Below are positions 1-13,763 of a stretch of DNA of 64,000 nt, piece by piece. The DNA lies in assembly GCA_030390025.1 (NCBI GenBank), contig CM059449.1, forward strand, positions 33,914,001 through 33,978,000, written 5' to 3'. Numbering within the stretch: the first letter of the stretch is position 1; every line of letters starts with the position of its first letter. The notes under the pieces were generated by a model, which worked only from the letters and a program-made list of their open reading frames with translations, did no database searches and had not been told where the DNA came from. The translations under genes were made by a program, and so were the position numbers. Source of the stretch: Squalus acanthias (lineage: Eukaryota).

Positions 1-445
1 AGGTATCCCAGGGGCGCAGGTTGTTCGCAAGCGTCCCTGGAATCTCGTGGGCCAGGCGAGCCAATGGGAGAAGGGAAATCCCCCTTCTTACATTTGACAG
101 GAAGACCTGTCAAAAGTATGAATGGGGATCACTGAAAAAAGCCATCAAAACATTAAATAAACTTTAAAAAAACATCACGTTTTAAAATTAGTTAAAATTA
201 CATTAAATTAAAAATGTTAAACAATTTAATTTTGGGGAAAAAATAATTAAAGTTCTTTACCGGGCTAAAAATAAACAAAACTTTTTTCAAAAGTATATTT
301 AAATTATAAATGAGTGAACACTTTTTTTTAACTTTTTTAAACTCTTATGCTGGTAAAAGCAGGCCTTATTATTACGGCACTTCCGAGGTCCCTGCGGGTG
401 TGGACACAGCACGTAGACACCCTTAGGCTTCGGAAAATACGGGCC
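1..445. mobile_element. PIF/Harbinger-type non-autonomous element (MITE), cut by window edge
   Basis: Ends GGAAAATACGGGCC followed by AAT; internal sequence matches copies at 2488 and 54908. Confidence 0.75.
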
Positions 446-2265
446 AATGTCATCAAACCTCAGCCCGAAATTACCCAACATAGATCACAATATATCCCCT
501 GAATCCATTTATAATGATATGGCACTTTATCTTTCCCGCTCTCTTTCTCTTCCTATGCATAATTTTACGTAAGATAACAAATATACCGAAGGCGCCAAAT
601 TTCAAAAAACCAATAGCAACCAGTCCTCGTTTGGACAGGAGGCCCATATCACAGGCCCAGAAATAAAGGAATACATTCGAATCTCTGCCATCTATGGCTC
701 GAGTGGCCAATAACAATTCCACTCCAACATTATGCAGCTTCTGTAGGGCCTGGGTCTCCATTTTAATTTAAATAATCCTTCTCCTCGCATCCGGCGAGGG
801 ATCACCAGCGGGTGAAACGGACAGTGACAGTACAACACTACCACACTCCCAGTACTAATTAATTACTTATTGGTTTCTTTCAGGGCGGCTGCAGCTGATG
901 GCATTACCTGGAGTTCGGGTATTAAAGCACTCGGCCATGTCTCCATATTCACGGCCTACCTGTTTCCAGTGCAGCGGAGCGAGCAGTTATTGCTGCCGCC
1001 CCACGGCCGCAACTGGTGGAACACCATTCAAAGGGAAGCCCCGTGTGTCCTTTATGTGGTCAAGAGGATGGTGGCGCGATAGTGAATTGCAATGTCCACC
1101 ATTTGGCTCCGATCTATCTTCTGATACCCGCTCTTCATCAACTCAGGGATTAAAGGAGCGATCGGTTTTCCATAGAGCAACTGGTTTCGACTTTCCTTAG
1201 GGGGAAGGGAGGTAGGAGGTAACTCCAGGATGACATGCCTGAGTGGAGGTTCAGAATCACGTTGTTGCTCTGTGATCAATTCAGTGAAATGGTACCTTTA
1301 CCAGGCACGTGTGCACTGCTCTGGTACTCTGCTGACGATTTGTCAGCCAGTATGGATCACTGGTGGACCCCTGATGGGTCGATGTGTTGTTGGGAGTCAC
1401 GACTGTTCCTCACTTGGCTCCAGATCACCTTGCATTGTAAAGGCCTATCAGGAGAGGATGTCATACTCTGACAGGCAGAAATAATCTTGCTGCCTTGGTG
1501 CACTGGTGAAATGCCCGGATTTACTTGTTAAAATCCAGAAGTACCTCAGAAAGGTTCGTAAACCATGGCTCTGCTCTCTCTGTGCCCAAATTTTCTGAAT
1601 TTGGGTAAGTCGGGTGTGTTCCCGTGGGCAAACGTTGTGTAGGTTCTGTCAAGCAACCAGAAGTTCTGCAAGCATAGATATTTTAGTAAGTTGGCTTGGA
1701 GACTCTTAGACTTGATGATCGACGTTTGTGCCAGGCAATTGCGTTTCTTCTGTAGTTAAATGTGGATCCAGTCTGGGTTCAGCAAGATCCCAATAACAGC
1801 AATGTGACGAGGGGCCGGTTAAGCTGCTTTTGTGGTTTTGATTTAGCGTCGTGTTTTGACCAGGAAATGGAGGGAGCTCACCTCTCTTTGAATACTGCCA
1901 TAGAGACTTTAACGTGACCCAGAACAGAAAGATGGCTCCTGGGTCAATGTATCACTCCAACAATTTCCCCCGTGACAAAGTGGCGCTCCTTCAGTGAGAC
2001 GTCCGTTCAACTCCTGGGCCAAGTTTGAACCCGTAGCCTTCTAAACCAGAGCTGGGTGTTGTACCGGTTCTACAAAGCTGATTTATAAACAGAAATGATG
2101 TGACTCTTTTCAGGATAATTTCAATGTTTAAGTATTTATTTTGTTCAACATTTTAATATCAATGATTAGGATATTCTGAGCAGCTGCTGAATTTATGACA
2201 AGCAATCCCGGTCTGGCTAACTCTTAGACTGAGGCACTGAGATGAAAATGAGCCCTTATAATTCA

Positions 2266-2434
2266 ACAGCAAAATACTGCGAATGCTGGAAAACTGAAAT
2301 AAAAACAAAAAATGCTGGAAATACTCAACAGGTCAGGCAACATCTGTGGAGAGAGAAACACAGTTAACGGTTCAGGTCTGACGGAAGGTTATGGAGCTGC
2401 TGAGTATTTCCAGTATTTTCTGTTTTTATTTCAG
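2266..2434. mobile_element. Inverted Penelope-like (pLTR) fragment
   Basis: Resembles the terminal repeat of the Penelope at 39138 (AGCAAAATACTGC..GCTGGAAA); ~38-bp inverted arms at ~2294-2331 and ~2397-2434. Confidence 0.75.
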
Positions 2435-2487
2435 TAATCCCCTTATAATTGTTTGTCAGCCCCGACTGTTCTTTAGAAGTGATAAAT

Positions 2488-3162
2488 GGCCCGTAATTTC
2501 CGATAGGAGGCTTCCTGCATGCGTATTCCTCCTATCGGGAAAAAATCTACGCCCTGATCTGAGGGCTCCCGCGGGACCGGCCATTCCCGATCCTGGGCCT
2601 CTTCTGGTGCGCATGCGCAGAGGCCCAGGCATCCCAGGGGCGCAGGCGGTTCGCAAGCGTCCTTGGGATCACGTGAGCCAGGCGAACCAATGGGAGAAGG
2701 GATATCCCCCTTCATACTTTTAACAGGTAGATATCAAAACATTAAAAAAAATGTAAATCACGTTGTAAAATGAGTTAAAATTACATTAAACAAAAATTTA
2801 ATTTTTGAAAAGAAAAATTAATGTTTTCTTAAGTGGCTAAAAATAAACTTACCTTTTTTCAAATTATTTTTCAATTATAAATGAGTGAAAAAAATTGTTT
2901 TAATGTTTTTCTAAATTCTTATGATGGTAAAAGCAGTCCTTACGCTTGCTTTTACCAGGCATAAGATTTTTAAGCGATTTCAGCGGATGGTGGTTCTGCA
3001 GAAAGCGGAACTCGCCGCCCACAGAGGCCCTTCTCCAGGGCAGGGGTGCGATCTGTCAAGAGGATTCTTGACAGATCGGAAATGCCGGTTTTCAGCGCAT
3101 GCGCTTCGCATGTTTGAAACCGGCACTTGCGATGTCCCTACGGGTGTGTACACAGCTCGTAC
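2488..3162. mobile_element. Harbinger-type MITE, one end lost
   Basis: AAT|GGCCCGTAATTTCC terminus; near reverse complement of 54908-55673; fused directly to a truncated CR1 3' end. Confidence 0.8.
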
Positions 3163-3163
3163 A

Positions 3164-4230
3164 GCCCTTCGAGCCTGCTCCGCCATTCAATGAAATCATG
3201 GCTGATCTTCTGCCTCAAATCTATTCACCGGCCCTATCGCCATATCCCTTCATGCCTTTACTCGTCAGAAATCTATCGACTTCTGTTTTGAATATACCCA
3301 ATGACTGAGCCTCCACAGCCCTCTGGAGTAGAGAATTCCAAAGATTCACCACCCTCTGTGTGAAGAAATGTCTTCTCATCTCAGTCCTGAATGGCCTACT
3401 CTTTATCTTGATGCTGTGGCCCCTAGTTCTGGAGTCCCCAGCTAAGGAACACATTCTCCCAGCATCCACCCTATCAAGCCATGTAATAATTTTGTTTACT
3501 TCAATGATATCCCCTCTCATTCTTCTGAATTCAAGAGAATACAGGCCTAGTTTACTCAATCTCTTCTCATACGACAGTCCCGCCATCCCAGGAATCAATC
3601 TCGTGAACCTTCGTTGTACTCCCTCTATGGCAAGTATATCCTTCCTTAGGTAAGGAGACCGAAATTGTACACAGTACTCCAGGTGTGGTCTAACCGAGGC
3701 CCTATATAATTGGAGTAAGACTTCTTTACTCCTGTACTCAAATCCTCTTGTAATGAAGGCCAGCATACCATTAGCCTTCCTAATGGCTTGCAGCACCTGC
3801 ACATTCACTTTCAGTGACTCATGTACAAGGACACCCCTGTCGCAGTGAGCATCTGCATTCCCAAATCTTTCACCATTTAGGAAATACTCTGCCTTTCTGA
3901 TTTTTCTACCTAAGTGGATAACTTTACATTTATCCACATTATATTCCATCTGCCATGTTATTGCCCACTCAATGAGCCTGTCGAGATCCCCTTGATACCT
4001 CTTCACATCCTCTTCGCAACTGACACTGCCCCCTAGCTTTCTATCATCAGCAAATTTGGAAATGGTACATTTAGTCCCCTCATCCAAATCTTTGATATAG
4101 ATTGTGAATAGCTGGGGCCCAAGCACCGATCCTTGCGGTACCCAACTAGTCACAGCCTGCCGTCCTGAAAAAGACCCGTTTATCCCTACTCTTTGTTTTC
4201 TGTCTGTTAACTAATTCGCAATCCATGATA
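3164..4230 (-). mobile_element. CR1 LINE fragment (RT C-terminal half)
   Basis: ORF 3221-4153 with VPQGSVLGP, FADD, VRPHLEYC and FFTQRVVNLWN motifs. Confidence 0.92.
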
Positions 4231-4935
4231 AAATATGTGTTCCAGCTGTAATAGTTCGATTTTAGCCAAATTGACCGCTTGAATCAAATCTAATTAAACG
4301 GTTTAGTGACGTAATGTCCGGGCGTTTTTCAATGTCAATAATCAAATCTAATGTAAAAACTGCGCCAGCAGCCGCAGTAAACTTCACATTCTTCATAAAG
4401 AGATGTATATTTCATTCCATCTCGCAGGAAATACTAAAGAACAACTGATGTACTTACGACATTACCAAGTGTTTTAATTCTCTATTTGACCAATCTCCTC
4501 TAATTCGATTTCCCTGCTTGAGCCCATTCGTTTCCATTCTTCCCTTTCAAACAACGCAATTTCAAATAAATGACGTATTGTGATTTATTTAAATGTATTT
4601 TTCAATACAATTTACAAAAGTGAACGAAGCCCGCATTTTACAACATGACTTATCATTTAATGTTGCTCTGACATTAAAGCTGTGAGTTTGAATACGGACA
4701 TAAGAATAAATACACCCATTACAATCTCATCGATCTTTCTTTCAGTCTTTGAAAATCTGTAAATGAACTTGTTGTGATTTACAATCCCTAGCAGAGATTT
4801 GAATAGCCAGATTATAGTTTACAGGCCCAGTTTGAGGACCGGTACACTGAAATACCCATAATCTGAAGATTCTCTCTCTTGCAGTGTGGTAACGTCTTGT
4901 AAGTTGTAAGGTCCTGCCCGGTATAAATAAATACA

Positions 4936-6810
4936 ACAACTTGCATTGATACAGCGCCTCTAACGTAGGGAAACGTCTCAAGGCGCTTCACAGGAGCGTA
5001 ATCAAGCTAAAATTGACACTGTGTCAAAGAACAGGATATTAGGGCGGGTGAGTAAAAGCTTGGTCAAAGAGGTAGGTTTTAAGGAGTGTCTTAAAGGGCA
5101 AGAGAGAGGTGGAGAGGTTTATGGAGGAAATTCCAGAGCTTAGGGCCTCGATAGCTGAGGGCACCGTCACCAATGGTGGAGCCAATGAAGCGGGGGATGC
5201 GCAAGAGCCCAGATTTGGCGGGAGAGAGTAAGGCTTTTACTTGGGACAAGAACATTAAAGGTGATGATAAGGGTATGACTGAGCTGATCGGTAGCTGCAG
5301 AAGCATCGTGATCAATGGAGCGTCAAGGGCGAGCAAGTGGGAAGTTTGAAAGTGCTGTTGTAAGTGATTTTGGGGGCAGTTTATTCCAGTGATGAACACA
5401 GAAGGAAGTGAGTAGGAGGGTGTGAGTGGTGAGGGATACGAAGAAGTGATCAGAGATGGCCTTGTCTGTGATTGAGATGACAAGACTAGAGAGGCCTCGT
5501 CAAGTGAGAAATTCGAGGCGGTGGCCGTGAATATGCGTGGGAGAGTTTAAATGGAGGTAGTGGTTAAGGGAGGACAGGAGTGCAGTGTGCTCCAGGGAGA
5601 GAGGGCAAGGTGAGTTGAGATGGAGCTTGAAATCATCAAGGATGAGAAGTCACTCGGTGCCCATGCTGAGGGAAGTAAACAATGAGGATATCGAAATGTG
5701 ATTCTGGGATTGTGTGGAAGGTAGAGAAGGCGGCTTTAAAAAAGAGGCGATAGGGCTGGACCAAGCTGAGCTGCTGAAAGGGGGAGATGGTGAGTATGGG
5801 GACAGATCAAGGTGACAGTAAATGAAAAGGATCACACCACACACAGCGGTTTGGGCGAGACAGGTGTTGGAAGGTATAGCCAGGATGGAAAGTTTTAGTA
5901 AGGGGGAAGATGTCATCAACTATGATCAAAGTATCCATCAAGGTCATGATATCAATGTAATCATCCTCAATAAGGTCAACGACATCAAGGGCCTTATTTT
6001 CCAGTGAATGAACATTCTGTAGGGAGATGCGGAGAGGGGCGGTGATAGTTGATCCACTGGCAGAGTCCACAGGGTGAGCGCTGCGAGGAGTGAGTGGGAC
6101 GGGAAGGAGGTTGGGAAGATTAACCAGCAGCCAACATGCTCAGTGAGAGGATCGAAGAGAGAAAAGGACGGGGGAGTTGAGGTTGTGTTGAGGCAGAACC
6201 GAGTGCTTCGATGGGCCTGCGGCTTATCTAAGAGGGTGTCAAGCCTGGGAAGCAGCAGGAGAGTAGGAAGGTCCAGGAATAGGGAGGGATGGGGGCAGTG
6301 ATTACGGGTTGAAGGACAAATTACCCGAAAGAGGAGAAAAGAAAGGAAGCATGATTAGATAATAAGAAAAGGAGGAGACAGGAGAGAAGTGTCCAACAGA
6401 TAGAGAGAAGAGAAAGAAAAACGGGAGATAGAAATGATGGGCTCTGGGCCGGAGCAGCAACCAAAATACTCAGGCAAATGGACACCAGTAAATTCAGGTT
6501 ACACAGGCCTGGCAAAGGTTAGGATAGAAATGTCCTCACTGTAAATGGAGAATAGGGAGGAGACAATAAGAGAGAGTGCAAAGTTAAAGTCAGAGGACCC
6601 GTGGTGGGATGAAATTGACTTGTTGATATGGTGGAGTCACCATGGAGGTCCGACGGACTCATGTCCCGGTTCGGAGACAGGTGTGGAGGACGAGTGAGCG
6701 TGTTTAATGGGCAGAGTATCCGTGGGCGGACTGCTTGAGGTGTTGCTGTGGAAAATGAAGCCAATGGCTGGCAGCGTTGGAGTACTCCCTGTCAGGACAC
6801 GGTGCAGCAG
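4936..6810 (-). mobile_element. Degraded L2 LINE (APE endonuclease remnant and 3' end; RT mostly deleted)
   Basis: L2-type 3' tail (AAGCGCC..GGCGCTGTATCAATGCAAGTTGTT on -); GDGALSYRGPKLWN; EN start LRISLQNVHSLENK. Confidence 0.75.
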
Positions 6811-9587
6811 ATCACAAAGTCAACTTTTTGAAAGCACATATTTTGCTCTGCTTCTGCCAATAGACGAAACAGACTCTGGCAGAGTTATGCCGCCATGACC
6901 GTCTATTCATGCCTGTTCTTCTTATGTGTTTTATTCTTTTAGAATAAAATTCCGTCACAATTGATCGTAATTGATTTGCTCTTCCGTAGAACAGACTTTA
7001 TGTGTAACATTCACAGTTTCCACAATGGGAATCAGTTTTTCCTAAATAATCGGAAGTGATCTATCTCTGTTGTTGGTCAATAGTCCTTTAATTGAATTCA
7101 CGCTTTTCAATGTTATTTGTTTTGTTAGCCTATGTCGTCACAGCAGAGCCCACAATGAATTCCCCACTACACTGCACTGATCTCAACTGAACGTCGAAGA
7201 CGCCAAACTTCCCACCTCAGAGATCGGGAGATCTTTGTGGGCAGCTTTCTTCGGCGGCAGCGCTGAATGCCTTTGCTTCGCCGCTGACCGCAAATTCTGG
7301 ACCATTATGTTTCAGACTGTGGAGCAGGCGTTGACATCCGACTTTTGTTGGTCTGCAAAAGGAAATCTTCTTTTTCTGCTTGTAAATAAATTTACATTCT
7401 CAATGGCGGCTTTCAACTAGGCTGCATCCACATCGATAAAACCGAAGTGAAGCAGAACTAACGCCCACTCTGCTCAGGGCAGCCTAGTTTCCCAGAATAG
7501 TCCTCAAACAGGTGTTGTGCACTCATTAGCATATGTAAGGAACCACACGCCTGTTTTAGCAGAAAAGAGGCCTGAGAAACAGCGGATCCAATTTCAGGAA
7601 CGACATCCTTGGAGCGCAGGTCGTTAGTTTCTGAGATTGGGCCATGCTGCACTTGTGTTTAGCCCGTTAAATGGGCGCCACAAGATCCAATTGCTACACC
7701 TGGATCTATTTCACGGCTGTAACTGCTGGAAATTGGATGCAAAACATCATAAATGTCGCCGATGAAGACATGGAATGATTCAGAGCCATTAAAAATACTC
7801 GCTATCATGCCTATCACTGCTGCAGGAACTGTGGGGAGAGTTTAGAAGGTCAGGTGGAGGTAGTCAGGGGACATACAAAAATCCACTTGGATTGTATTTT
7901 TAGGGATGTGAAGGCTCTAAACGCATTGCCCCGGGTCGGAGTCTGAAAGGGGCAACTTGTTCGGTATCTTCTGGTGACCTGCCACCGACAGCTGAAAATA
8001 GATGTCTTCAGAGCAGCCGCACCCACCCTCTATTCCCGATGGTTCCTGGTCTTCACCCCAGGGAGATACACGCGGAGAATGCAATATCTAGCCGGAAACT
8101 CCAGTGGGAGCTGAGATGGAAAACAATTGTCTCCATTAAACTCACGGTCCAAATCAATCTTCCAAAGTAACTCAGAAACAATTTTCACACAGTTTTACCA
8201 ATAGCAGGCTGTTTAAATAAAGGCCTGTAACTGCCCATAGTCACCTGCGGCGTTCCCTGGGAGCGGGGACATATCTTTTTATGGGTATCTCCAATATAAG
8301 GCACTAATTCCTGCATAGAGGCGGTCAAATTACCTCTTTGATTTACAGGCCGGGGCCTTTTTGGAATTACTCCAGCTGCTAAGGGGCGCAGTTCGTTGGA
8401 TTTGGCTCCCAGGAATGTCGCCTGGCTGCGACACCATTAGCCGCTGTCAGCAGGTCCTGTGAAGTGTTTGAGGAGGCGAGGCCGAGGAGGGCCATTGCCG
8501 GCCGGCAGTACATTTCTTGCACCTAGAGGAGCGCACTTTCTCCACAATGTGAAACGTACCTTTCCGGGACCTCGTCCGCTCCAACACTGCTATAACTGGT
8601 GGAAGGAGCACGTCCAATTCTCGGACTGGTTCTCTCCAAAAATGGCAATCAGGTCTTATGTACATCATAGGGCCCCAATGTTCATTCTAAATGCTGCTAC
8701 CGCCTGACTCAGTGACCACTCTGGCCGTCCATCGTTGGCCCAGGGCAACATTGCCGCGGCCACAGTGACAGCGGTAAATAGCCAGTGGGTCATTCCCCAT
8801 CATTTATGGGGTTCTTACTGTCTTATTTCAGCTGTGTGGTAGGCCTGAATACTGAACCCTATGCAGTCCATCTGGCATCCCTCAAGAAACAAATGGTCAT
8901 CAATTGCCTATCCCACTTATACTGCTCCAAGTTTGAACATTTATCCACAGAACCAAACGCTATTACCTCCTTTGGCAATCTGTCCCATATCTTCACCCCC
9001 CACCATTAAATATGTAAATCTAAAATTTCAGTATAACTTTCCTCTTCAAACCGGTACTGAAGTCAATGGAATGGAAAACTGCGGGTTGGGGCAGGGGAAG
9101 GGGGGCGGATTGCAATGGGCGGCTGATCTGCTACCGCCCGTTTTAAGCCAGCGCTGATATAGACAGTACATATGGGGGCAGAAATTCATCTCAGGCCGAG
9201 CGTTAAACGGACTGTATGCTATCAGCCCCCTGTTATATGCCCCGTTTGATATTCAGTTATATTGAATGGAGGATCTCAGACACATCTGTTTCCAAACAGT
9301 TCGTGTTCATGATAAAGATCATGTTTCATTTGGCAAGAATATTATGAAGATTACCTCTAAATGATGTTCTATTAAAATCAGCTCGCACTGAAATACTGGA
9401 TATTGCTGCTTGATATAAATGATGAAATAAGTGGTGCCAGACCCATTTCCGCCTGTGATGCCTTTCAGCAGCTGGGCAATCTTCTGTCGGTCACAGTTCA
9501 CAGAAAGTAAATGCCGCCTGTTGGCCTGCGGGATTCTTTCCATCAGTTGGGAGCGGATCCCGCGGGTTGAGCAGGGTCTTGTCAAGT

Positions 9588-10090
9588 TGTTGGTGAAAAA
9601 TTAATTCTCTCGAGTCTGTCCTAAAAGCAAAAGATCACAGTTTATTATTCAGAGCGCTCCGGGAGAATTCAGAGCGCTCTGGGAGAAGCGTCACAGCCTG
9701 CGGTCTCATGACCCTCTTCTCAATCTAACAATGGGAGCCACGCTCCTTTATACACTTCCAAAAGCCAAAAAATACAAACATCAGCACAGTCATTACATCA
9801 TAAGCGACTCGTATGGTCTCTAAAAACAACTTGTTAAGAATTTTACAATGTTAGCGAAACCTATCCTTAACTTCTGCTTTTTGTTAGCCATCTGCGCTGC
9901 GAGGTTTCATTCTTACAAATATCTATACTGCAGCCTAAGCAAGTTGGTCTTTATTTAATTATACCCCTGTCTCCATGCCTTCGGGAGACACTTTGACCTT
10001 TACTATAGTCCTTTAAGCAGTTCAACTAATCTTAAACATTACAACTGATTTGCCCTTACATTATTACAATCAATTTGTTTAACTCTTACA
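9588..10090 (-). repeat. ERV 3' LTR
   Basis: Direct repeat of 16263-16765 with 12 substitutions counted by eye (~2.4%); purine tract AATAGGAGGGAC immediately precedes it on -. Confidence 0.95.
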
Positions 10091-10607
10091 GTCCCTCCTA
10101 TTGGTCCCTGGCCAAAGATTGATTTGTCCTGGGGACCATCATACCATGGTTATAACGGCGGCACACAGTTTCTTATGCTCTGTTGACAAGATCTTTTGAC
10201 GATGTTATTGTTGTTTCACAGTCCAATGTAAATGAGAACACGCTCGGGAGAACGAGAGAGAAAGACACCCCAGAAGAGGTTGAGCTGCACAGTCCAGTCA
10301 CATCATGACTGTTGAGCTATTCGTACCATTTAGGTTAGGTTCTTCCGCTCGTCTTCCGTTTTTTTCTATCCTCCGTCCTCCGCCTGACTTGTCATGAACA
10401 TGTCCTTCTCTTTGAAATATCGATGATCCATTTCTTCCGTGTGTAGACGTATTCCTTGTAGCTTAAAGTTGTTCCCTTCTTCATCTGTTTGTCTGTTTCT
10501 TATGTGTCATATGCCGCAGCCAATGGTTTGTCCCTATTCTATTCTATCTCTAATGTTTTACACATGCATTAATACAAACGTTACCCGCGTGTAAGCATTT
10601 TCCTTTC

Positions 10608-11110
10608 TTAGATAAACAGAGATCTATCTTTTATATTACGATACACCTGCCCCACTGGTGCAGCTGGAACAACATATTTTGCCATTTGGGCGCAGCAACA
10701 TTTCAACAATAAAACCAGATCATACATCACTAATATTATATCAAAGAACATAATCAATCCTTGTACTACTGATGTCCCGAGTGATCCCAACCATCCAGTT
10801 GTCCAGCCCCAAAGGGTGGATGCCGGAGGTAGTTTTAACTTTTTTACTTCTTCCTGTATGTGTTCTGCCAAGTTAGTTATTTCTTCTGAGCTGTCTGGTA
10901 TGTAGGTACAACATTCTGTACCTATTAGGGCACATGTTCCCCCTTTTTCTGCCAACACATAGTCAAGGGCCATGTTAATGGATTCCCTTGACAATTTACC
11001 CGTAACTCTCTTTTGGCCCGTGGGGGTACTCCAGCCTTAGTCCTCCCAAGGCTACATATTATGTTTACACAAACAAGCAAACTACACATTATATCGCATA
11101 ACACGTTCAT
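10608..11110 (-). pseudogene. env: ERV env remnant (signal peptide, RAKR, then out-of-frame C-half of TM)
   Basis: MALDYVLAEKGGTCALIGTECC = immunosuppressive domain plus CX6CC; hydrophobic anchor; SU essentially absent. Confidence 0.88.
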
Positions 11111-11214
11111 CTTATCACTTTATGTTAACAATATACCAAAGGCTATATCGCCAACCTAACGACTTTGTTGCTTGTACATTCTATTTTCCTGTGGGGGTGA
11201 ATAGAATATTGTTA

Positions 11215-12156
11215 TTAATTTGGTTCCTCGATCATAATCATTTGGATTCCCTCCTCCTGCTCGACCGGTTGGAGTTGACAGGATCGTTCCCATCCATATT
11301 TCAGGATATATCCCAAGGTATATCCTATCAAGATAATACATATTGGCCCAGAAATTCCCCGCGATATCTCACTCCGCGCCTACCTTTTTCCTCCGGGCCC
11401 ACACGAACTTTAGTTTCAAGGCTGCAGCTGTGCAGTGCTTGCGTTACCCAGAGACGCAATTAGTTCGTGCGAGCTCTGGGATCACGTGATTCAGTTAGAG
11501 CCAATGGCAGCACACCATCTTTCATTCATAGTTTTCACAGCAAGAGCTGTCAAAGCTATGAATACTATACCCCCCAAAAGAACAGCTAAACCTCAAATAA
11601 ATTTTTTAAAAAGCCGTCACATTAATAACATAATTATAGTTAAATAAATTAACCACTTTAAACAAAAAATTAAATTTTTGAAAAAATTTAAATTCTTTTT
11701 AAAAGTTATATAAATAAACTTACCTTTCTTTAAAGTCTCTAAAAAAGATAAACCTGTTGAAAAAAATTTAAAATAATACTTAATTAACTACTTACCTTGT
11801 TAAAAGAGGGTCTTATGCCTCCTTTCTTTATGTGTAAAACCTTCCATGCTTACCTGCGCGTTCAAAGCACTAAGTGCACTGCGTGTGCACAGCCTGTAGC
11901 GCGCATGCGGTTCACTTAGGAATCACCCCCTTTTGAATTCACGAAGTGCCGGTTTCCCACGCATGCGCAGTGCATGCTGGAAACTGGCAATTGGAGACCT
12001 AAAACGCGAGAGTACACAGTGCGTACTCTCGTGTATTAGGTCTAATTTTCGGGCCATTATCCAAACCAGTGTTTGTGTCAGCGTCCATTCCCATTTGTCA
12101 TATTGTCTAGCATATTCTTCACTTTCTACAAAAGGTACTTGTTCTGGTGTCGCCAT
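11215..12156 (-). pseudogene. ERV accessory ORF (75 aa, single TM) interrupted by MITE
   Basis: Removing the MITE and one ATT TSD restores an open frame MATPEQV...LVWIICIILIGYTLGYIL...EEPN*; ATG lies 2 nt after the pol stop. Confidence 0.65.
11345..12055. mobile_element. Harbinger-type MITE nested in ERV
   Basis: TIRs GGCCCAGAAATT / AATTTTCGGGCC; ATT TSD at 11342-11344 and 12056-12058. Confidence 0.9.
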
Positions 12157-12158
12157 TC

Positions 12159-13760
12159 TTAAATTGGTGAAGGGTCATAGGCTTTCAGCTGTGTCCAGTG
12201 CTTCCATCGTCCCATGCCCTTTATATTAATGCAAGCGCACGTATCCCCACTAATTAAAATCTGATATGGCCCTGACCATTTTGGGGCGAACCCGGGTTTT
12301 CCTGGTAGATTCTTAACCATTACCTTGGTCCCCGCTGGAGCAATATATGGAAATGCGGTCAATTCCAAATGTTTATCTCTTTCTTCCTGTCTTTCCCTAG
12401 TTTGCTGTTTCATTTCTTTTAATTGGTTACTCAGTTCCAGGACATATCTGCGGAGTTTATCCTTTAGGGGACCCACATTTTCTGCTCCAGTCATTATACC
12501 ATGGGGGAGCTGCATTGCCCTCCCCGTCATTAGCTCATATGGTGATAGGCCCGTGGTTCGATTTGGGGTGGCTCTTAGTTTCATTAATACTGTGGGTAGC
12601 ACATCCACCCACCGTTGCTGTTTTTCCCCCAATGCTTTGGCTACCGCTGTTTTTAAGGTGCGATTCATTCTTTCTACCATTCCAGAACTTTGAGAATGGT
12701 ATGCGATGTGGAATTTCTGTTTTATGCCCATCCATCTGCATATATTCTTTACTACTGCTCCCGTAAAATGAGTTCCCTGATCTGAGTCGATTTGGATCGG
12801 TACTCCCCATCTGGGAATTACCTCCTCTGCCATTATTCGTGCTACGGTGGTGGCAGTACAGTCCCGAGTGGGGAATGCCTCGACCCACCTGGTAAACTGA
12901 TCTATTACTACTAGGCAATATTTCTTCCCCCTAGACGTGGGGAGGGGTCCAGTGAAGCCGATTTGTATATTTTCCCATGGGCCCCTTGGCCGTGGTTGGT
13001 GGGCCATTCGAATCTTAATGGGTCGTCCTGGGTTGTGCTGCGCACATGTAATACAACGTTGGCAATATTTGCCACATCTCTCCCCAGCCCAGGCCACCAC
13101 CATTCTTTACTAATTAGTTCAATCATTGACCCCCTTCCTTTATGGGCGCTTCCATGATGTAGTTCTGAAAGTGTTTGTCTGATGCACGCGGGGGCTATCA
13201 CCTTTCCATTCTTTCACCAAATTGCCTCTTCAACTGGTCTACCCCCTACTCGGTACCATTCCTGTCTTTCGTCTTCTGGGGCATCTGCATGCAATTTACT
13301 GATATCTATTTCCTCTATCTGTGCACTAGCTACGTTCCGTTCAACCATTTCTTGTTCAAGAGCTCGCTGTGCTGCTAGATCAGCGGCCTGGTTCCCTTTT
13401 TTGCTCCTGATTCTGTATCTTCTGGTGCGCTTTAATTTTTATTGCTGCAGCTTGTGCTGGGGCTTTTGTGGCTTCCAAGTGGGCCTCTATTCGCTGCTGG
13501 TGTTTTATGTGATCCCCTCCGGTTGTCACAAACCCCCTTCTCCCCCAAGCTGTCATATAATCTTGTACCACTCCGAATGCATATCTACTATCCGTGTAGA
13601 TGTTTACTGTCTTTCCCCTTGCTAATTCTAGCGCCTTTGTTAACGCTACTATCTCGGCTACTTGTGCCGACAAGCTTCCGTCTAACCTTCCCGACATTTC
13701 TGTTTCCAACTGATTATTTACTACTGCCCATCCTGTCCGGGGACATCCCTCTACATATCA
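12159..13760 (-). pseudogene. pol: ERV pol remnant: RNaseH plus integrase (HHCC, core, C-term), frameshifted
   Basis: SAQVAEIVAL..IYTDSRYAFG RNaseH; HH..CxxC; IDQFTRWVEAFP, DSDQG and VERMNRTLK core motifs; first catalytic D reads G (QIGFTG). Confidence 0.92.
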
Positions 13761-13763
13761 CAG

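Noticed and set aside
10100-10607. Additional accessory ORFs between env and the 3' LTR
   Set aside because: Only short frames with stops; cannot be supported from one copy
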